Counted from the first letter of the stretch, positions 18,716-29,283 are shown. The stretch is DNA of 64,000 nucleotides from Minisyncoccota bacterium (GCA_017992005.1 JAGOPO010000002.1:1611-65610), one strand, 5' to 3'. The notes: a model not told the origin generated them from the sequence alone. Made by a program: numbers and translations.

Positions 18716-19795
18716 TTACTTCCGCTCAAGCGCAGCAAGACCGGGAAGTATTTGCCCTGACAAAAACGCCAACATCGCGCCTCCTCCAGTTGAAACAAAC
18801 GAAAATGAATCCAAAATGCCCAGCTGATGCACCGCGGCAATTGTATCTCCTCCACCAATAATAGACTCTGCGCTGCTTTCTGCGATAGCTCGCGCAATTG
18901 TTTCTGTTCCCGCCATAAATCGTTCTTGTTCAAATTTCCCAAATGGACCATTCCAAACCACGCATGATGCGCTTGCTATTAATTGTGCGCACTGGCGAGC
19001 GGATTGCGGACCCACATCCATATACATGCCATTGTCGATTTCAAAATCAATTGGGTACACAAGACGCGCATCGTTGAGATTCAAGCCTTCAACCGATACG
19101 TGCGTGTCATCATCGACACGAGAGGCGCCTATATCAATGCCGCGCTCCTTGAGGAGTCCGTTGGCAACCACACCACCCACCACGAGATGCTCGGCGCATG
19201 AAAGCAAATTCTTGATCACTGGAATTTTTGTGCTCGTCTTCGCACCTCCCATGATAATCACCTTTCCTTTTGCTGGCGTCGTCAGTACACGTCCAAGTCG
19301 CTCTACTTCATCGACGATCACTGGTCCAGCGTACGAAGTGACATGACGCGTGATTGCATCAACGGATGCATGTGCGCGGTGACACACCGCAAATGCATTA
19401 TTAATATACACATCGCATTCACGTGCAAGCGATGCCGCGAATGTATCGTCATTGATAATCTCTCCATCAAATTGACGAACGTTCTCCAGCACTGCAATCG
19501 GATCGGTTCCACCCCAAAACGCCGCAAGCTCATCGAGCGTGCGGCAGAATACCAAGGGACGACCGACGAGTTGAGAGAGCTGCCCAAGAAGCGGCTCAAA
19601 CGAAGGCACAGCGCCGATGTGTGCCACGAGAGCAACGCGGGCACCACCGTCGACGAGTTGCTCAATGAGCGCCCGCTGTCGATCGATGCGAAATGATTCT
19701 TCAATCGCACCGTCCTCCGCTACGGGAACATCAAAATCAGCTCGTACGAGCACGCGGAGATTCGCGAGCGCAGGAAGATCGAGTAGCGTTTTCAT
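18716..19795 (-). CDS. pgk: phosphoglycerate kinase
   Basis: 359 aa. RADFDVP near the N-terminus and a GGGDT-like motif near the C-terminus. Confidence 0.9.
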   Translation of the reverse strand: MKTLLDLPALANLRVLVRADFDVPVAEDGAIEESFRIDRQRALIEQLVDGGARVALVAHIGAVPSFEPLLGQLSQLVGRPLVFCRTLDELAAFWGGTDPIAVLENVRQFDGEIINDDTFAASLARECDVYINNAFAVCHRAHASVDAITRHVTSYAGPVIVDEVERLGRVLTTPAKGKVIIMGGAKTSTKIPVIKNLLSCAEHLVVGGVVANGLLKERGIDIGASRVDDDTHVSVEGLNLNDARLVYPIDFEIDNGMYMDVGPQSARQCAQLIASASCVVWNGPFGKFEQERFMAGTETIARAIAESSAESIIGGGDTIAAVHQLGILDSFSFVSTGGGAMLAFLSGQILPGLAALERK

Positions 19796-20517
19796 AATAT
19801 AGTTGCTGCAATTGAAATGACCTGACTCACATCATCGGGTCGCACGCTCGCTCCACCGACGAGAACACCGCCAACCTCAGAGCGCTCAAGAAAGCTCGCC
19901 ACATTAGCGGGAGTAATAGAGCCGCCATAAAGATAGGTTGAGTGAGAGACGTTACAGTGATCGGCTATCGTCTCCCGTATAACATTCATCGACGTCACCG
20001 CACTAGCGGGAGTGTCAGGCTTCGCATCGGGTTGGGTGCTAATAGCCCAAACGGGCTCGTACGCAATCAAGCACTGCAATACTTGCCCTTCAGTGAGCCC
20101 TTTCAGCGTAGCAACAGTTTGCGCAACGAGCTCATCGCGCCAGCCATCTGATCGGGAGCGCTCTCCGAAGCACACAATTGGCTGCAACCCAGCCGCCAGC
20201 GCGTCACGCAATTTAGTATTTGTCACCTCGTCTGAATCACCCGCCTTCCAGCGCCGATCGCTGTGACCGATAATCACATACTGAGCACCAGACCCGGAAA
20301 GATCCTCGCTCATATCTTGAGCACCGAGTGCAAGTGAGTCATTGTTTCCAATGGCAGCAGCAGCTGCTGTGCGATACTCGGGTCGCGGACAAACGACATA
20401 CCGGATTTGCGATACACCAATAGCGCCCAAGCAGGTCTTCGTGTGATCAAGTAACGTCATCGCCTGCTCGATCGTTTCAGGCAGCTGCTTCCAATTTGCG
20501 ATAATGAGCTTGGTCAT
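19792..20517 (-). CDS. tpiA: triosephosphate isomerase
   Basis: 241 aa. IIANWK near the N-terminus, IIGHSDRR, LIAYEPVWAI and YGGSI motifs. 4-nt overlap with pgk. Confidence 0.9.
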   Translation of the reverse strand: MTKLIIANWKQLPETIEQAMTLLDHTKTCLGAIGVSQIRYVVCPRPEYRTAAAAAIGNNDSLALGAQDMSEDLSGSGAQYVIIGHSDRRWKAGDSDEVTNTKLRDALAAGLQPIVCFGERSRSDGWRDELVAQTVATLKGLTEGQVLQCLIAYEPVWAISTQPDAKPDTPASAVTSMNVIRETIADHCNVSHSTYLYGGSITPANVASFLERSEVGGVLVGGASVRPDDVSQVISIAATIL

Positions 20518-21536
20518 GATTGCACGCTCCGAAGATGCTGCGCGGCATCATCAGGATCAAACGGATTTAAATAGATAGCCGTCGACAGCTCAAATCCCGC
20601 CGCGATAGGAATACGCGGAGTAATCACGATATGCCAGCGATAGTAGTCGTACACGATGAGCGGATCTCGCTCAACGGGAGCCGTGTGCAGATAAAAATTG
20701 TAATCAACATTATCGAGCGCAACAAAAAGCGCCTTAAGCACACCATTAAGCGCCTGCGCACATGCCATTAGCTGCACATCGGTTGCCGTCTCAAATCGCG
20801 ACTGTTCGTACTTGGGGAAGATACGAACCTCATATCCCGCCTTCGATGCGTACGGACAAAACGCAATGAATAATTCGTTTTCGAACACAACCCGCTCACG
20901 ATGGCGCATCTCAAAATCAATAATCTCCTGATGCACCGTCTTACCGTGCTGCTGGAAATACTCATCAGCACTCTGGAGCGATTGCAAAACGATTGGCGGG
21001 ACAAATGGCGTTGAAATAATCTGCGAGTGATTATGCGCGACGCTCGCACCTGCAGCGCGACCATGATTGTGGAAGATACTCACGTACTCGCCGCACGAAT
21101 CAGCGGAGATTTGCACATACCGGTTCCTGTACGCCATCAACACTTCTTGTGTTTGCTCTGCAGAAAATTGGGCGAAATGCGACTCGTGATCGCGCGTAAT
21201 AACTAATTCATGAAATCCGAATGCTTCGTGAGCGAAATAGACACCCTCGGCGCGAGGAGCTCCACAGACACCCGACTGCAAGGCAGGATACTTATTCTTG
21301 ATGACCGCGGTTGTCCATGCCTGCTGCCAATCTCCCGTCCAATCAGTGATCACACCTTTGTTGTAGAGCGCGATAGGATTTGACTGCTCGTGAAGATTGC
21401 TCGGCTCAAAAAAACACTGCTCGATAGATTGCGCTAGCACATCTCGAGCGCCATCATGAGGACGCTTTGCACGCAAACTCGAAATCAGCACCCACTCGCC
21501 AGTACCGATATCTTTTCGAAATTCGTTGACTGCCAT
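20514..21536 (-). CDS. galT: galactose-1-phosphate uridylyltransferase (GalT family)
   Basis: 340 aa. N-terminal GEWVLISSLRAKRP and an H-N-H-S-Q histidine-triad-like active-site region. Confidence 0.7.
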   Translation of the reverse strand: MAVNEFRKDIGTGEWVLISSLRAKRPHDGARDVLAQSIEQCFFEPSNLHEQSNPIALYNKGVITDWTGDWQQAWTTAVIKNKYPALQSGVCGAPRAEGVYFAHEAFGFHELVITRDHESHFAQFSAEQTQEVLMAYRNRYVQISADSCGEYVSIFHNHGRAAGASVAHNHSQIISTPFVPPIVLQSLQSADEYFQQHGKTVHQEIIDFEMRHRERVVFENELFIAFCPYASKAGYEVRIFPKYEQSRFETATDVQLMACAQALNGVLKALFVALDNVDYNFYLHTAPVERDPLIVYDYYRWHIVITPRIPIAAGFELSTAIYLNPFDPDDAAQHLRSVQS

Positions 21537-21541
21537 GAGCG

Positions 21542-22282
21542 TTAGCGATATCGGCGGAATAGTCGTCGCATGCCGACTTTCACGGTGTCAATCAGCACTT
21601 TCGGATATGCCCACACATTCACGTGCGTCTCCGGCGGATTATTCCAAATCACCGGAATCTCAGCGATACTCAATTTTCGTTGTCGCGCACACGCGAGTAC
21701 ATCCACATCAAAACCCCAGCCGTAGATCGCAAGTCGGGTAAAAATCTCTTGTGCCGCTTTTGCGGTGAACGCCTTGAATCCTCGCTGTGTGTCCCAGATA
21801 CCAGGCACCGCCCAAAACTGAATCCACAGATTGCCTGCTTTTCCGAGCAGCTGCCGCCAGAGCGGCTCCGCACCACCCGAGACAACGCGAGCTCCTTTGA
21901 TTGCGAGCGAGCCGATCACCACTTCGATGCCCCTATCAAACAAGGGCTTCATCGATGAGAACTGGTCCACGGTCGTGCTGTTATCAGCATCCATGAATAA
22001 TCGGACATCTCCTGTGGCGGCGAGCATTCCTGCAGTTACCGCGTACCCTTTGCCTGCGCGCTTCTCCTGCACAAGACGTAACGATGGAAATTGATGCATC
22101 ATCGAACGGACAATATCGGCAGTGGCATCCTTGGATCGATTATCCACGACGATCACTTCGCCCTCAAATGATTGCCCCGCTAACCACGAACACACCGCCT
22201 GCACAGTGGCACCGATTCGCTTCGCCTCGTTGTACGCTGGAATGATGACAGATAAATACATAGTGCGCTCATGATAGCGCAC
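21542..22282 (-). CDS. GT2-family glycosyltransferase (polyprenyl-phosphate sugar synthase-like)
   Basis: 246 aa. N-terminal LSVIIPAYNE followed by a DxD region (FMDAD). Confidence 0.75.
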   Translation of the reverse strand: MRYHERTMYLSVIIPAYNEAKRIGATVQAVCSWLAGQSFEGEVIVVDNRSKDATADIVRSMMHQFPSLRLVQEKRAGKGYAVTAGMLAATGDVRLFMDADNSTTVDQFSSMKPLFDRGIEVVIGSLAIKGARVVSGGAEPLWRQLLGKAGNLWIQFWAVPGIWDTQRGFKAFTAKAAQEIFTRLAIYGWGFDVDVLACARQRKLSIAEIPVIWNNPPETHVNVWAYPKVLIDTVKVGMRRLFRRYR

Positions 22283-22302
22283 CTGTGCCGTTCACGCGAA
22301 TA

Positions 22303-22331
22303 TTGACATTATTGATTTTCTACGTCACAAT
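22303..22331 (+). promoter_or_regulatory. putative sigma70-type promoter
   Basis: TTGACA at 22303-22308, 17-nt spacer, CACAAT at 22326-22331. An SD-like GGGAGG lies upstream of the ATG at 22359. Confidence 0.35.
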
Positions 22332-22358
22332 GTATCCTACGCACATTGGGAGGACGAA

Positions 22359-22550
22359 ATGCTCATTCGATTTCGCCGTCACGAATTCGAGAAGAAATCC
22401 GGACTGTCGTGGTTTAGCCACATCACGTTCCAGCTGTTTGGGGAATTGAAAATCCTCCTCTGGCTTTGGGGGATTTTATTCGTTTGTCAGGTAGCATTCT
22501 GGGGTGGGCTCCTTTACGTTCTCGCGCATTTCATCGTGAAAAACTGGTAG
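22359..22550 (+). CDS. small hydrophobic membrane protein (63 aa)
   Basis: Preceded by GGGAGG at spacing consistent with an SD. Two predicted TM segments. Confidence 0.4.
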   Translation: MLIRFRRHEFEKKSGLSWFSHITFQLFGELKILLWLWGILFVCQVAFWGGLLYVLAHFIVKNW

Positions 22551-22629
22551 AACGTGGGCCGGCAAGTCGCCGGCTTTTTTCTTCTCAATTTGACACAATT
22601 GGTCTCCTTCCATACTATATGCAACCGCA

Positions 22630-23517
22630 ATGCCCACCGACGATATTGTCATTCTCCAACGAGGCGACGCTTCCTATCCGGAACTCCTCGCACAAATTGC
22701 GGATCCACCAGAGCAATTGTACATTCGTGGCAACCAAGCGTTGCTGGATTCATTTTGTTTTGCAGTCGTTGGCACACGAAAAGCGAGCGATTACGGCCTC
22801 CACGTCACCGATGAGATGGTAGGAGCACTTGCTACCAATGGCCTCACCATTGTAAGCGGGCTTGCGATGGGTATCGACGCCGCAGCTCATCGCGCGACAT
22901 TGAAAGCCAAGGGAAAGACAATCGCCGTGTTTGGTACGGGCGTCGACGACGCCAGCATCTACCCGAGCGATCACGTAAAGCTTGCACACGAAATCTTGCA
23001 CCATGACGGCCTCCTCGTGAGTGAGTATCCGCCTGGCACTCACGGTCAGGTATTCACTTTTCCTGCGCGCAATAGAATTATCTCGGGACTCTCACGCGGA
23101 GTGCTCGTCGTGGAAGCAGATCGCAAATCTGGCTCACTCATCACCGCCAACTGCGCGCTTGATCAAAACCGCGATGTCTTCGCAGTTCCCGGGAGTATCT
23201 ACTGGCCACGCTCCATAGGCTCCAACCTCTTAATACAGCAGGGTGCACGGCCCGTGCTGAACGCCACCGATATTCTTGAGTCGTACAAATTGCGACAGGT
23301 TGCACTCCCCGAACAGGTTCTGTCCACATCAGATCCCGTGCAGGAGTGTATACTGGCACTACTGCGCGAACACGGCCCCTTGCACACCGAAGAGCTCGCC
23401 ACACGCAGTGGTACTTCGATCTCTCTCGTCTTATCGGCGCTTACACTCCTCGAGCTTCGCGACATCATTCATCATCAGGGCAGTGGCATCTATAAACTTC
23501 TATCTCATACACCATGA
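22630..23517 (+). CDS. dprA: DNA processing protein DprA (Smf)
   Basis: 295 aa. VVGTRKASDYG...SGLAMGIDAAAH...AVFGTGVD Rossmann-like DprA core. Confidence 0.85.
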   Translation: MPTDDIVILQRGDASYPELLAQIADPPEQLYIRGNQALLDSFCFAVVGTRKASDYGLHVTDEMVGALATNGLTIVSGLAMGIDAAAHRATLKAKGKTIAVFGTGVDDASIYPSDHVKLAHEILHHDGLLVSEYPPGTHGQVFTFPARNRIISGLSRGVLVVEADRKSGSLITANCALDQNRDVFAVPGSIYWPRSIGSNLLIQQGARPVLNATDILESYKLRQVALPEQVLSTSDPVQECILALLREHGPLHTEELATRSGTSISLVLSALTLLELRDIIHHQGSGIYKLLSHTP

Positions 23518-25544
23518 AACTCGTCATCGTAGAGTCCCCCACAAAAGCTCGCACCATTTCCCAATACCTTGGCGATGAATATGTCGTACGTTCAAGCTAC
23601 GGCCACGTTCGCGACCTTCCCAAATCAGAGCTCGGCATCGACACAGAAAAAGAATTTCAGCCTACCTATATCGTCCCGACCAAAGCAAAAAAGAACCTCA
23701 CCGAGCTCAAGAAAGAGGCGGCAAAAGCCGATACGATTATTCTGGCAACTGATGAAGACCGCGAAGGAGAAGCAATCGCGTGGCACCTCGCGGAAGCACT
23801 CGACATAAAAAAGCTCACCAAAAAGAACAAGGATCTTAAAGTCCAGCGCATCGTGTTCCATGAAATTACCAAGCACGCCATTGAGCACGCGATTGAGCAC
23901 CCTCGCGAAGTCGACATCAACCTCGTCAACGCACAACAGGCGCGTCGCGTCCTCGATAGACTCGTAGGCTACAAACTCTCACCCGTGCTCTGGAAGAGAT
24001 ACTATCGCGGCCTCTCGGCGGGTCGAGTGCAATCTGTGGCGACTCGTCTCATCGTGGATCGCGAGCGAGAGATTACCGCGTTCAAACCCGACGAATATTG
24101 GACGCTCACCGCCACCCTCATTTCTGCTGATCACAAAGACGTGCCCATCATCGCCGAACTTACCCAGCGCGATGGAAAGGCGCTAGATAAATTCGCGATA
24201 CCCGACGAGATTACCTCCAAGAAAACAATACTAGCCCTCGAGGGCGCTTCCTATATTGTCGCCAACGTCGATCGCACCGAGACCTCGCGCATGCCGCATG
24301 CGCCATTTACCACATCGACGCTCCAGCAAGAAGCCAACAAACGTCTTCGCTATTCCAGTAAGCAAACTATGATGTTTGCCCAAGGGCTCTATGAAGCCGG
24401 CTACATCACCTACATGCGTACCGATTCGGTGAATCTCTCCGAGCAATCGATGGCGCAATCGAAATCCTTTATAGAATCAACATTTGGTCCTTCGTTTTAC
24501 AAGCGACGCAAATTCAAATCAAAATCCAAAAACGCGCAAGAAGCGCACGAGGCAGTCCGCCCAACCGACCCCGCTCGCACTCCAGAAAGCATGGAGTCGA
24601 CACTGTCGCCACAACAACACAAACTCTACGACCTCATTTGGCGCAGATTTATGGCATCGCAGATGGCCGATGCTATCTTTGATGCAACCGCTATCGACAT
24701 CACTGCCAATAACTATGGCTTCCGCGCCAATGGCTCGGTGCTGAAATTCGATGGTTGGCTCAAGGTGCTCCCCTCAAAATTCGAAGACAACGTGCTCCCA
24801 CTCGTGAAAGCAGATCAAGTACTTGCACTCGAAGAGCTCAAACCAGAGCAACACTTCACCAAACCACCTGCACGCTTCAACGAAGCCTCACTCATCAAGA
24901 CTCTCGAAAAGGAAGGTATCGGTCGCCCGAGCACCTATGCGTCGATTATCTCCACCATCATCGCAAGAAAGTACGTCGAAAAAGACCGCTCGCGCTATTT
25001 CCATCCAACGCAAATCGGCCTTGATGTGAGCGACTATCTCGTCGAGCAATTTCCTCGTATCGTGGACATGCATTTTACCTCGGGCATGGAAGACCAGCTC
25101 GATGAAATTGCCGAGGGCAAACGACAGTGGGTGCCAACGATTCGCGCCTTCTATGCACCACTCGCGCTGAACATCAAAGAGAAGATGACCGAAGCACAAG
25201 CTGCAAAGGATTCGGAAGTGGAAACAACGGACAAGATTTGTGACAAGTGTGGTAGCACCATGATTGTGAAGCGCGGTCGCTTCGGCAAGTTCATCGCCTG
25301 CTCCAACTTCCCCGAGTGCAAAAACATATTCAAAGAACCAATATCAACCGCTCCCGTTGAAAAAGTCGGCCGCATCTGCCCCAAGGATGGCGGCGAGCTC
25401 ATCTACCGCGCAGGCCGCTTTGGCAAATTCATCGCCTGCGTCAACTTCCCTACCTGCAAGCACACCGAAAAAATCAAAAAAGACGCGACTGGTGACGACG
25501 CTCCAGCTCCCGAAACTCCAGCGGAAGAACCAAAGACGGAGTAA
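23514..25544 (+). CDS. topA: DNA topoisomerase I
   Basis: 676 aa. TOPRIM-type N-terminus (KLVIVESPTKA, active-site region YITYMRTDS) and C-terminal Cys4 zinc ribbons (CDKCGSTMIVKRGRFGKFIACSNFPECK, twice). Confidence 0.9.
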   Translation: MKLVIVESPTKARTISQYLGDEYVVRSSYGHVRDLPKSELGIDTEKEFQPTYIVPTKAKKNLTELKKEAAKADTIILATDEDREGEAIAWHLAEALDIKKLTKKNKDLKVQRIVFHEITKHAIEHAIEHPREVDINLVNAQQARRVLDRLVGYKLSPVLWKRYYRGLSAGRVQSVATRLIVDREREITAFKPDEYWTLTATLISADHKDVPIIAELTQRDGKALDKFAIPDEITSKKTILALEGASYIVANVDRTETSRMPHAPFTTSTLQQEANKRLRYSSKQTMMFAQGLYEAGYITYMRTDSVNLSEQSMAQSKSFIESTFGPSFYKRRKFKSKSKNAQEAHEAVRPTDPARTPESMESTLSPQQHKLYDLIWRRFMASQMADAIFDATAIDITANNYGFRANGSVLKFDGWLKVLPSKFEDNVLPLVKADQVLALEELKPEQHFTKPPARFNEASLIKTLEKEGIGRPSTYASIISTIIARKYVEKDRSRYFHPTQIGLDVSDYLVEQFPRIVDMHFTSGMEDQLDEIAEGKRQWVPTIRAFYAPLALNIKEKMTEAQAAKDSEVETTDKICDKCGSTMIVKRGRFGKFIACSNFPECKNIFKEPISTAPVEKVGRICPKDGGELIYRAGRFGKFIACVNFPTCKHTEKIKKDATGDDAPAPETPAEEPKTE

Positions 25545-25576
25545 TCACCCTCGCTCCGCCGGCATATCGCCGCTCA

Positions 25577-25616
25577 GACACGGAAGCCCCGCTTGTTAGC
25601 GGGGTTTCGTGTCTAT
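25577..25616 (+). terminator. Rho-independent terminator after topA
   Basis: GC-rich stem ccccgc-ttgtta-gcgggg followed by UUUCGUGUCU. An outer gacacg/cgtgtc pairing extends the stem. Confidence 0.55.
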
Positions 25617-25661
25617 CAGTTGCATTACCACGACGTTATCCTTTGCGGTATAAAAACTTTC

Positions 25662-26204
25662 TTAAAGTAGTTTTTTTATTTTAAGGGCGAATAATTTGCC
25701 CTTTAATGCCTCACTCTGCTCTCCATTGGCAAATCTATCATCTTTCAACTCAGGATGGGCTAATCTCTCATGTTGCACCTCTTTACTAGCAGATCTTTCA
25801 TCCAATTTTAATCCATAAGCTTCTCTAACTACCTGATAATACTTATCACAAAAAGCGTCATCCAATTCTTTTTTTTCAGAGTGGTCGAGACCTTCGATAT
25901 TCATCGAACCATTAAATTCAACCTCGATAAAGCGTCTGTTATTTATCCATTTTGGATGAAATCGATACTGAATACCATTGATATTCCCGGAGAAATCACC
26001 ATCGTTATTAAAGGGTTCGTCAACCGTATCTAAAATTTGTTGAAGAACATCATCTGAGATATTTTTCTCCTTTGCCAGTTCCTGAATTTTCAAGAGCCTT
26101 TTTTCTCTTTCGAGAGAAGCACGCGCCTCCGCATCTGTCATGCCGTCCTCGGCAATCAAAACCTCTTCCTCGCTCCCCTGATTTCCTTTTGGTGTGTTTT
26201 CCAT
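25662..26204 (-). CDS. hypothetical protein (180 aa) in a low-GC islet
   Basis: ORF track. The region 25640-26210 is visibly AT-rich compared with its flanks. No recognisable motif. Confidence 0.55.
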   Translation of the reverse strand: MENTPKGNQGSEEEVLIAEDGMTDAEARASLEREKRLLKIQELAKEKNISDDVLQQILDTVDEPFNNDGDFSGNINGIQYRFHPKWINNRRFIEVEFNGSMNIEGLDHSEKKELDDAFCDKYYQVVREAYGLKLDERSASKEVQHERLAHPELKDDRFANGEQSEALKGKLFALKIKKLL

Positions 26205-26215
26205 GCCCCACTCTA

Positions 26216-26223
26216 CCCCCCCC
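26216..26223. repeat. C8/G8 homopolymer tract 12-19 nt upstream of the ORF180 start codon
   Basis: Read directly: ctcta-cccccccc-tcgacc. On the coding strand it is GGGGGGGG and sits in the RBS/5'UTR region. Confidence 0.85.
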
Positions 26224-26450
26224 TCGACCGCCTTGGCAAGCAGATATGTGCATAGTCAACGGCTAAGACGGCGATTTAGCCGTTGACGGGAGTTCAAAGC
26301 GGAGCTGGGATATCGGCATGAAGACCATTTCGAGCTCGACGGAGCGAGAACGGAGCTGATTTGATACCAATCAAATCAGCGTGTCTGAATGTTGATATGC
26401 CAGCGAAGCGACACCCCTCCAGTTGAAATCGCAATGAAATAGATATACGA

Positions 26451-28364
26451 TTGCGTCAAATGCCTCTTTCAGCACTCATCAAGAACTATGAGGGCGAAGA
26501 TCGTGACCTCATCGAGCAGGCATATGCCGTGGCCGAATCCTTTCATCATGGCCAAAAACGCGCTTCTGGCGAGCCCTATATCATCCATCCGCTTGCAGTA
26601 GCGGAATTCCTCGCTGATTTGGGATTCGATGCACACACTGTTTCAGCGGGACTTTTGCACGACCTCCTCGAAGACACCGCCATCACGAAAGAAGGCCTCG
26701 AGCGTCGATTTGGCACGGAAGTTACGAAGCTCGTCGACGGCGTCACAAAGCTCTCCGCATTCAGCTCGCGCGCTCGTGAGCGGTCATCGATTTCTGACTT
26801 GCAGACCGAATCACTCAAGAAGATGTTTTTTGCAATGGCAGAAGACCTACGCGTGATTATTATCAAGCTCGCCGATCGTCTTCATAATATGAAGACACTG
26901 GGACACAAGTCCCCCGAATCACGTCAACGCATCGCGAAGCAGACCATGGATATCTATGCTCCCATTGCTGCACGGCTCGGCATGGGTCACCTGAAGGGTG
27001 AGCTCGAAGATCTCGCATTCCCCTACGCATACCCCACAGAATATTCATGGCTCAAGAAAACCATCAAAGGAAAATATGAGCAGCGTCTCAAATACATAGA
27101 GCGCACTGCCCCTGTCGTTGCAAAAACACTACGCGACGCCGGCGTCACGGTGTTAAATGTAAACTCACGAGCCAAGCGCATGTGGTCGCTGTACAGCAAA
27201 CTCAAACGCTATGACATGGATCCCGATAAGGTTATGGATTTGGTCGCGCTGCGTATCGTCGTTCCCGACGTGCGCGCATGCTACGAGGCCCTGGGCATTA
27301 TTCACGCTCACTACAAACCCCTACCGGGACGCGTGAAAGATTATATTGCACTCCCCAAACCCAATGGATACCGCTCGCTGCACACCACTGTGTTTTGCGA
27401 GAAGGGAAAGATTGCTGAAATCCAAATTCGCACACCCGACATGCATGATCATGCGGAAAATGGTATCGCGGCTCACTGGAGCTACGCGGAAGCTGGCAAA
27501 CGCTCAGTATCAGCGAAGCAGCAAGAGCTTGCATGGGTCAATCAACTCAAAACGCATCTGAAAGAAATCAAATCGAGCCAAGGCCTTGCAGATCTGAAGA
27601 TCGATTTTTTTAAGGATCGCATTTTTGCCCTCACCCCTGAAGGAGACATTAAAGATCTTCCAGAAAATGCGACGCCATTGGATTTTGCGTATGCGGTCCA
27701 CTCAGAACTTGGACATCGCACCACCGGCGCCATAGTGAACGGACGCATTGTCGCACTGGCATCATCGCTACAGTCAGGCGATGTCGTAGAAATTATCAAA
27801 GGCAAAGAAGCGCGTCCCAATAAAGATTGGCTTCGCATCGCAATCACCAACCAAGCACGCAAGCACATCGCAAGCTGGCTCAAGAAACACGATCCAAGCA
27901 TGATTGTTGCCGATGGCCGCATCGCCCTCAACCGCGAGCTCGCCCGCATGGGGCTATCGCTTGATAAACTCAATCGACGACAAATTCTCAATGCCACCAA
28001 AGCGCACTCGTCAAAATCGCTCGACGATCTTCTTACACACATTGGCGTCGGTGATTATGACGCTGCGGTAGTTGCGCGCTCTATCGCACCCGCACAACTT
28101 CTCCCGCAAGGCCTCCAACGCAAAATCCACCGAAAAGGAACGGGCGTTAAACCAAAACCCAAAACTGCATTTCTCTCTCGTATTATCATCGACCAGCAAC
28201 CGGGACTGGCATACAAAATCGGCCACTGTTGCAATCCAGTAGCACCATCACTCATCGTGGGGTACCTTACCGTTGCGCGTGGTGTAACCGTGCACCACCA
28301 CACCTGTCAGAATATAAAAACTGCCTCACCCAAGAGAATCCTTGAGGCAACGTGGGGAGAGTAG
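26451..28364 (+). CDS. relA: bifunctional (p)ppGpp synthetase/hydrolase (RelA/SpoT family)
   Basis: 637 aa. N-terminal HD domain (HHGQKRASGEPYIIHPLAVA), synthetase region (RAKRMWSLYSKL...DLVALRIV) and C-terminal TGS and ACT-like regions. Confidence 0.9.
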   Translation: MRQMPLSALIKNYEGEDRDLIEQAYAVAESFHHGQKRASGEPYIIHPLAVAEFLADLGFDAHTVSAGLLHDLLEDTAITKEGLERRFGTEVTKLVDGVTKLSAFSSRARERSSISDLQTESLKKMFFAMAEDLRVIIIKLADRLHNMKTLGHKSPESRQRIAKQTMDIYAPIAARLGMGHLKGELEDLAFPYAYPTEYSWLKKTIKGKYEQRLKYIERTAPVVAKTLRDAGVTVLNVNSRAKRMWSLYSKLKRYDMDPDKVMDLVALRIVVPDVRACYEALGIIHAHYKPLPGRVKDYIALPKPNGYRSLHTTVFCEKGKIAEIQIRTPDMHDHAENGIAAHWSYAEAGKRSVSAKQQELAWVNQLKTHLKEIKSSQGLADLKIDFFKDRIFALTPEGDIKDLPENATPLDFAYAVHSELGHRTTGAIVNGRIVALASSLQSGDVVEIIKGKEARPNKDWLRIAITNQARKHIASWLKKHDPSMIVADGRIALNRELARMGLSLDKLNRRQILNATKAHSSKSLDDLLTHIGVGDYDAAVVARSIAPAQLLPQGLQRKIHRKGTGVKPKPKTAFLSRIIIDQQPGLAYKIGHCCNPVAPSLIVGYLTVARGVTVHHHTCQNIKTASPKRILEATWGE

Positions 28365-28367
28365 CCC

Positions 28368-29279
28368 CTAGTTGGAGTCGATAATCTTTTTGACGACACC
28401 GTTGAGGTGCTCCAGGCTCGCAAAGCGAATGACGATTTGTCCCGCGTCTGACGTTGAGCGATGCGTTCGAATCACCACGGGCGCACCGAGCTGTGTCTGC
28501 AAGTTGCGCATGAGGTCGTCGTATTTTGCGTTGTGCCGAATCACGCGTCGGCCTACTGCGGCTTTTGCAGCTGACGCCGCATACTCCATGTCCTTGGTTG
28601 AGAAGCCGTCTTTGGTGAGCTGCTCAAATGCATGACGCTGTGCTGCTTCCGTTTGAAACGATAGCAGCGCACGCGCGGCTGTGCCAGTAATCTGCCCTGC
28701 TCGCGTTGCGTCCTTGATGTACTTCGGAAGGTTCACGAGTCGCATCACATTGGCCACAGCTTCACGCGATTTACCAACTTTCTCCCCTATCTCTTGCTGT
28801 GTAAAACCGAATTCATTGGCCAATCGGACATATGCCTCTGAAGTTTCGATAGGATTGAGGTCTTCGCGTTGGACGTTCTCGATAAGCGCGACCTCGAGAC
28901 TATTTGATTTTTGCCCCGAGTTTTCTGGGGTAAGATCATCACGAATAATGACAGGCACTTGCGGCAACCCCGCCAACTGCGCTGCACGCCATCGACGCTC
29001 TCCCGCAATCAACTGATATCGGACCGCCCGACCGCGAGGTAAATCTTCTTCGATCTTCGTGACGAGGAGTGGCTGCAGCACGCCAAACTTACGTATGCTC
29101 TTGGATAAATCTTGGAGTGCTGCCTGATCGAAATCCGTACGAGGCTGGTCAGGGTTTGCTTGGATCTTGGCGACTTCAACGTAGTAGATGGTCTCGCGCT
29201 TGTTGTTGACCGCTTCGGCAACGGTGTCAGGTATTAGCGAGCCAAGTCCTTTCCCAAGTCCAAATAATTTCTTCGACAT
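28368..29279 (-). CDS. parB: chromosome partitioning protein ParB/Spo0J
   Basis: 303 aa. ParB box LQPLLV...GERRWRAAQLAGL and an HTH region. Confidence 0.85.
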   Translation of the reverse strand: MSKKLFGLGKGLGSLIPDTVAEAVNNKRETIYYVEVAKIQANPDQPRTDFDQAALQDLSKSIRKFGVLQPLLVTKIEEDLPRGRAVRYQLIAGERRWRAAQLAGLPQVPVIIRDDLTPENSGQKSNSLEVALIENVQREDLNPIETSEAYVRLANEFGFTQQEIGEKVGKSREAVANVMRLVNLPKYIKDATRAGQITGTAARALLSFQTEAAQRHAFEQLTKDGFSTKDMEYAASAAKAAVGRRVIRHNAKYDDLMRNLQTQLGAPVVIRTHRSTSDAGQIVIRFASLEHLNGVVKKIIDSN

Positions 29280-29283
29280 ACGA

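Noticed and set aside
25620-25661. Possible terminator hairpin aagggcg-aataattt-gcccttt at the 3' end of ORF180
   Set aside because: It is flanked by an A-run on the coding (minus) strand rather than a U-run, so it is not a convincing intrinsic terminator for that gene.
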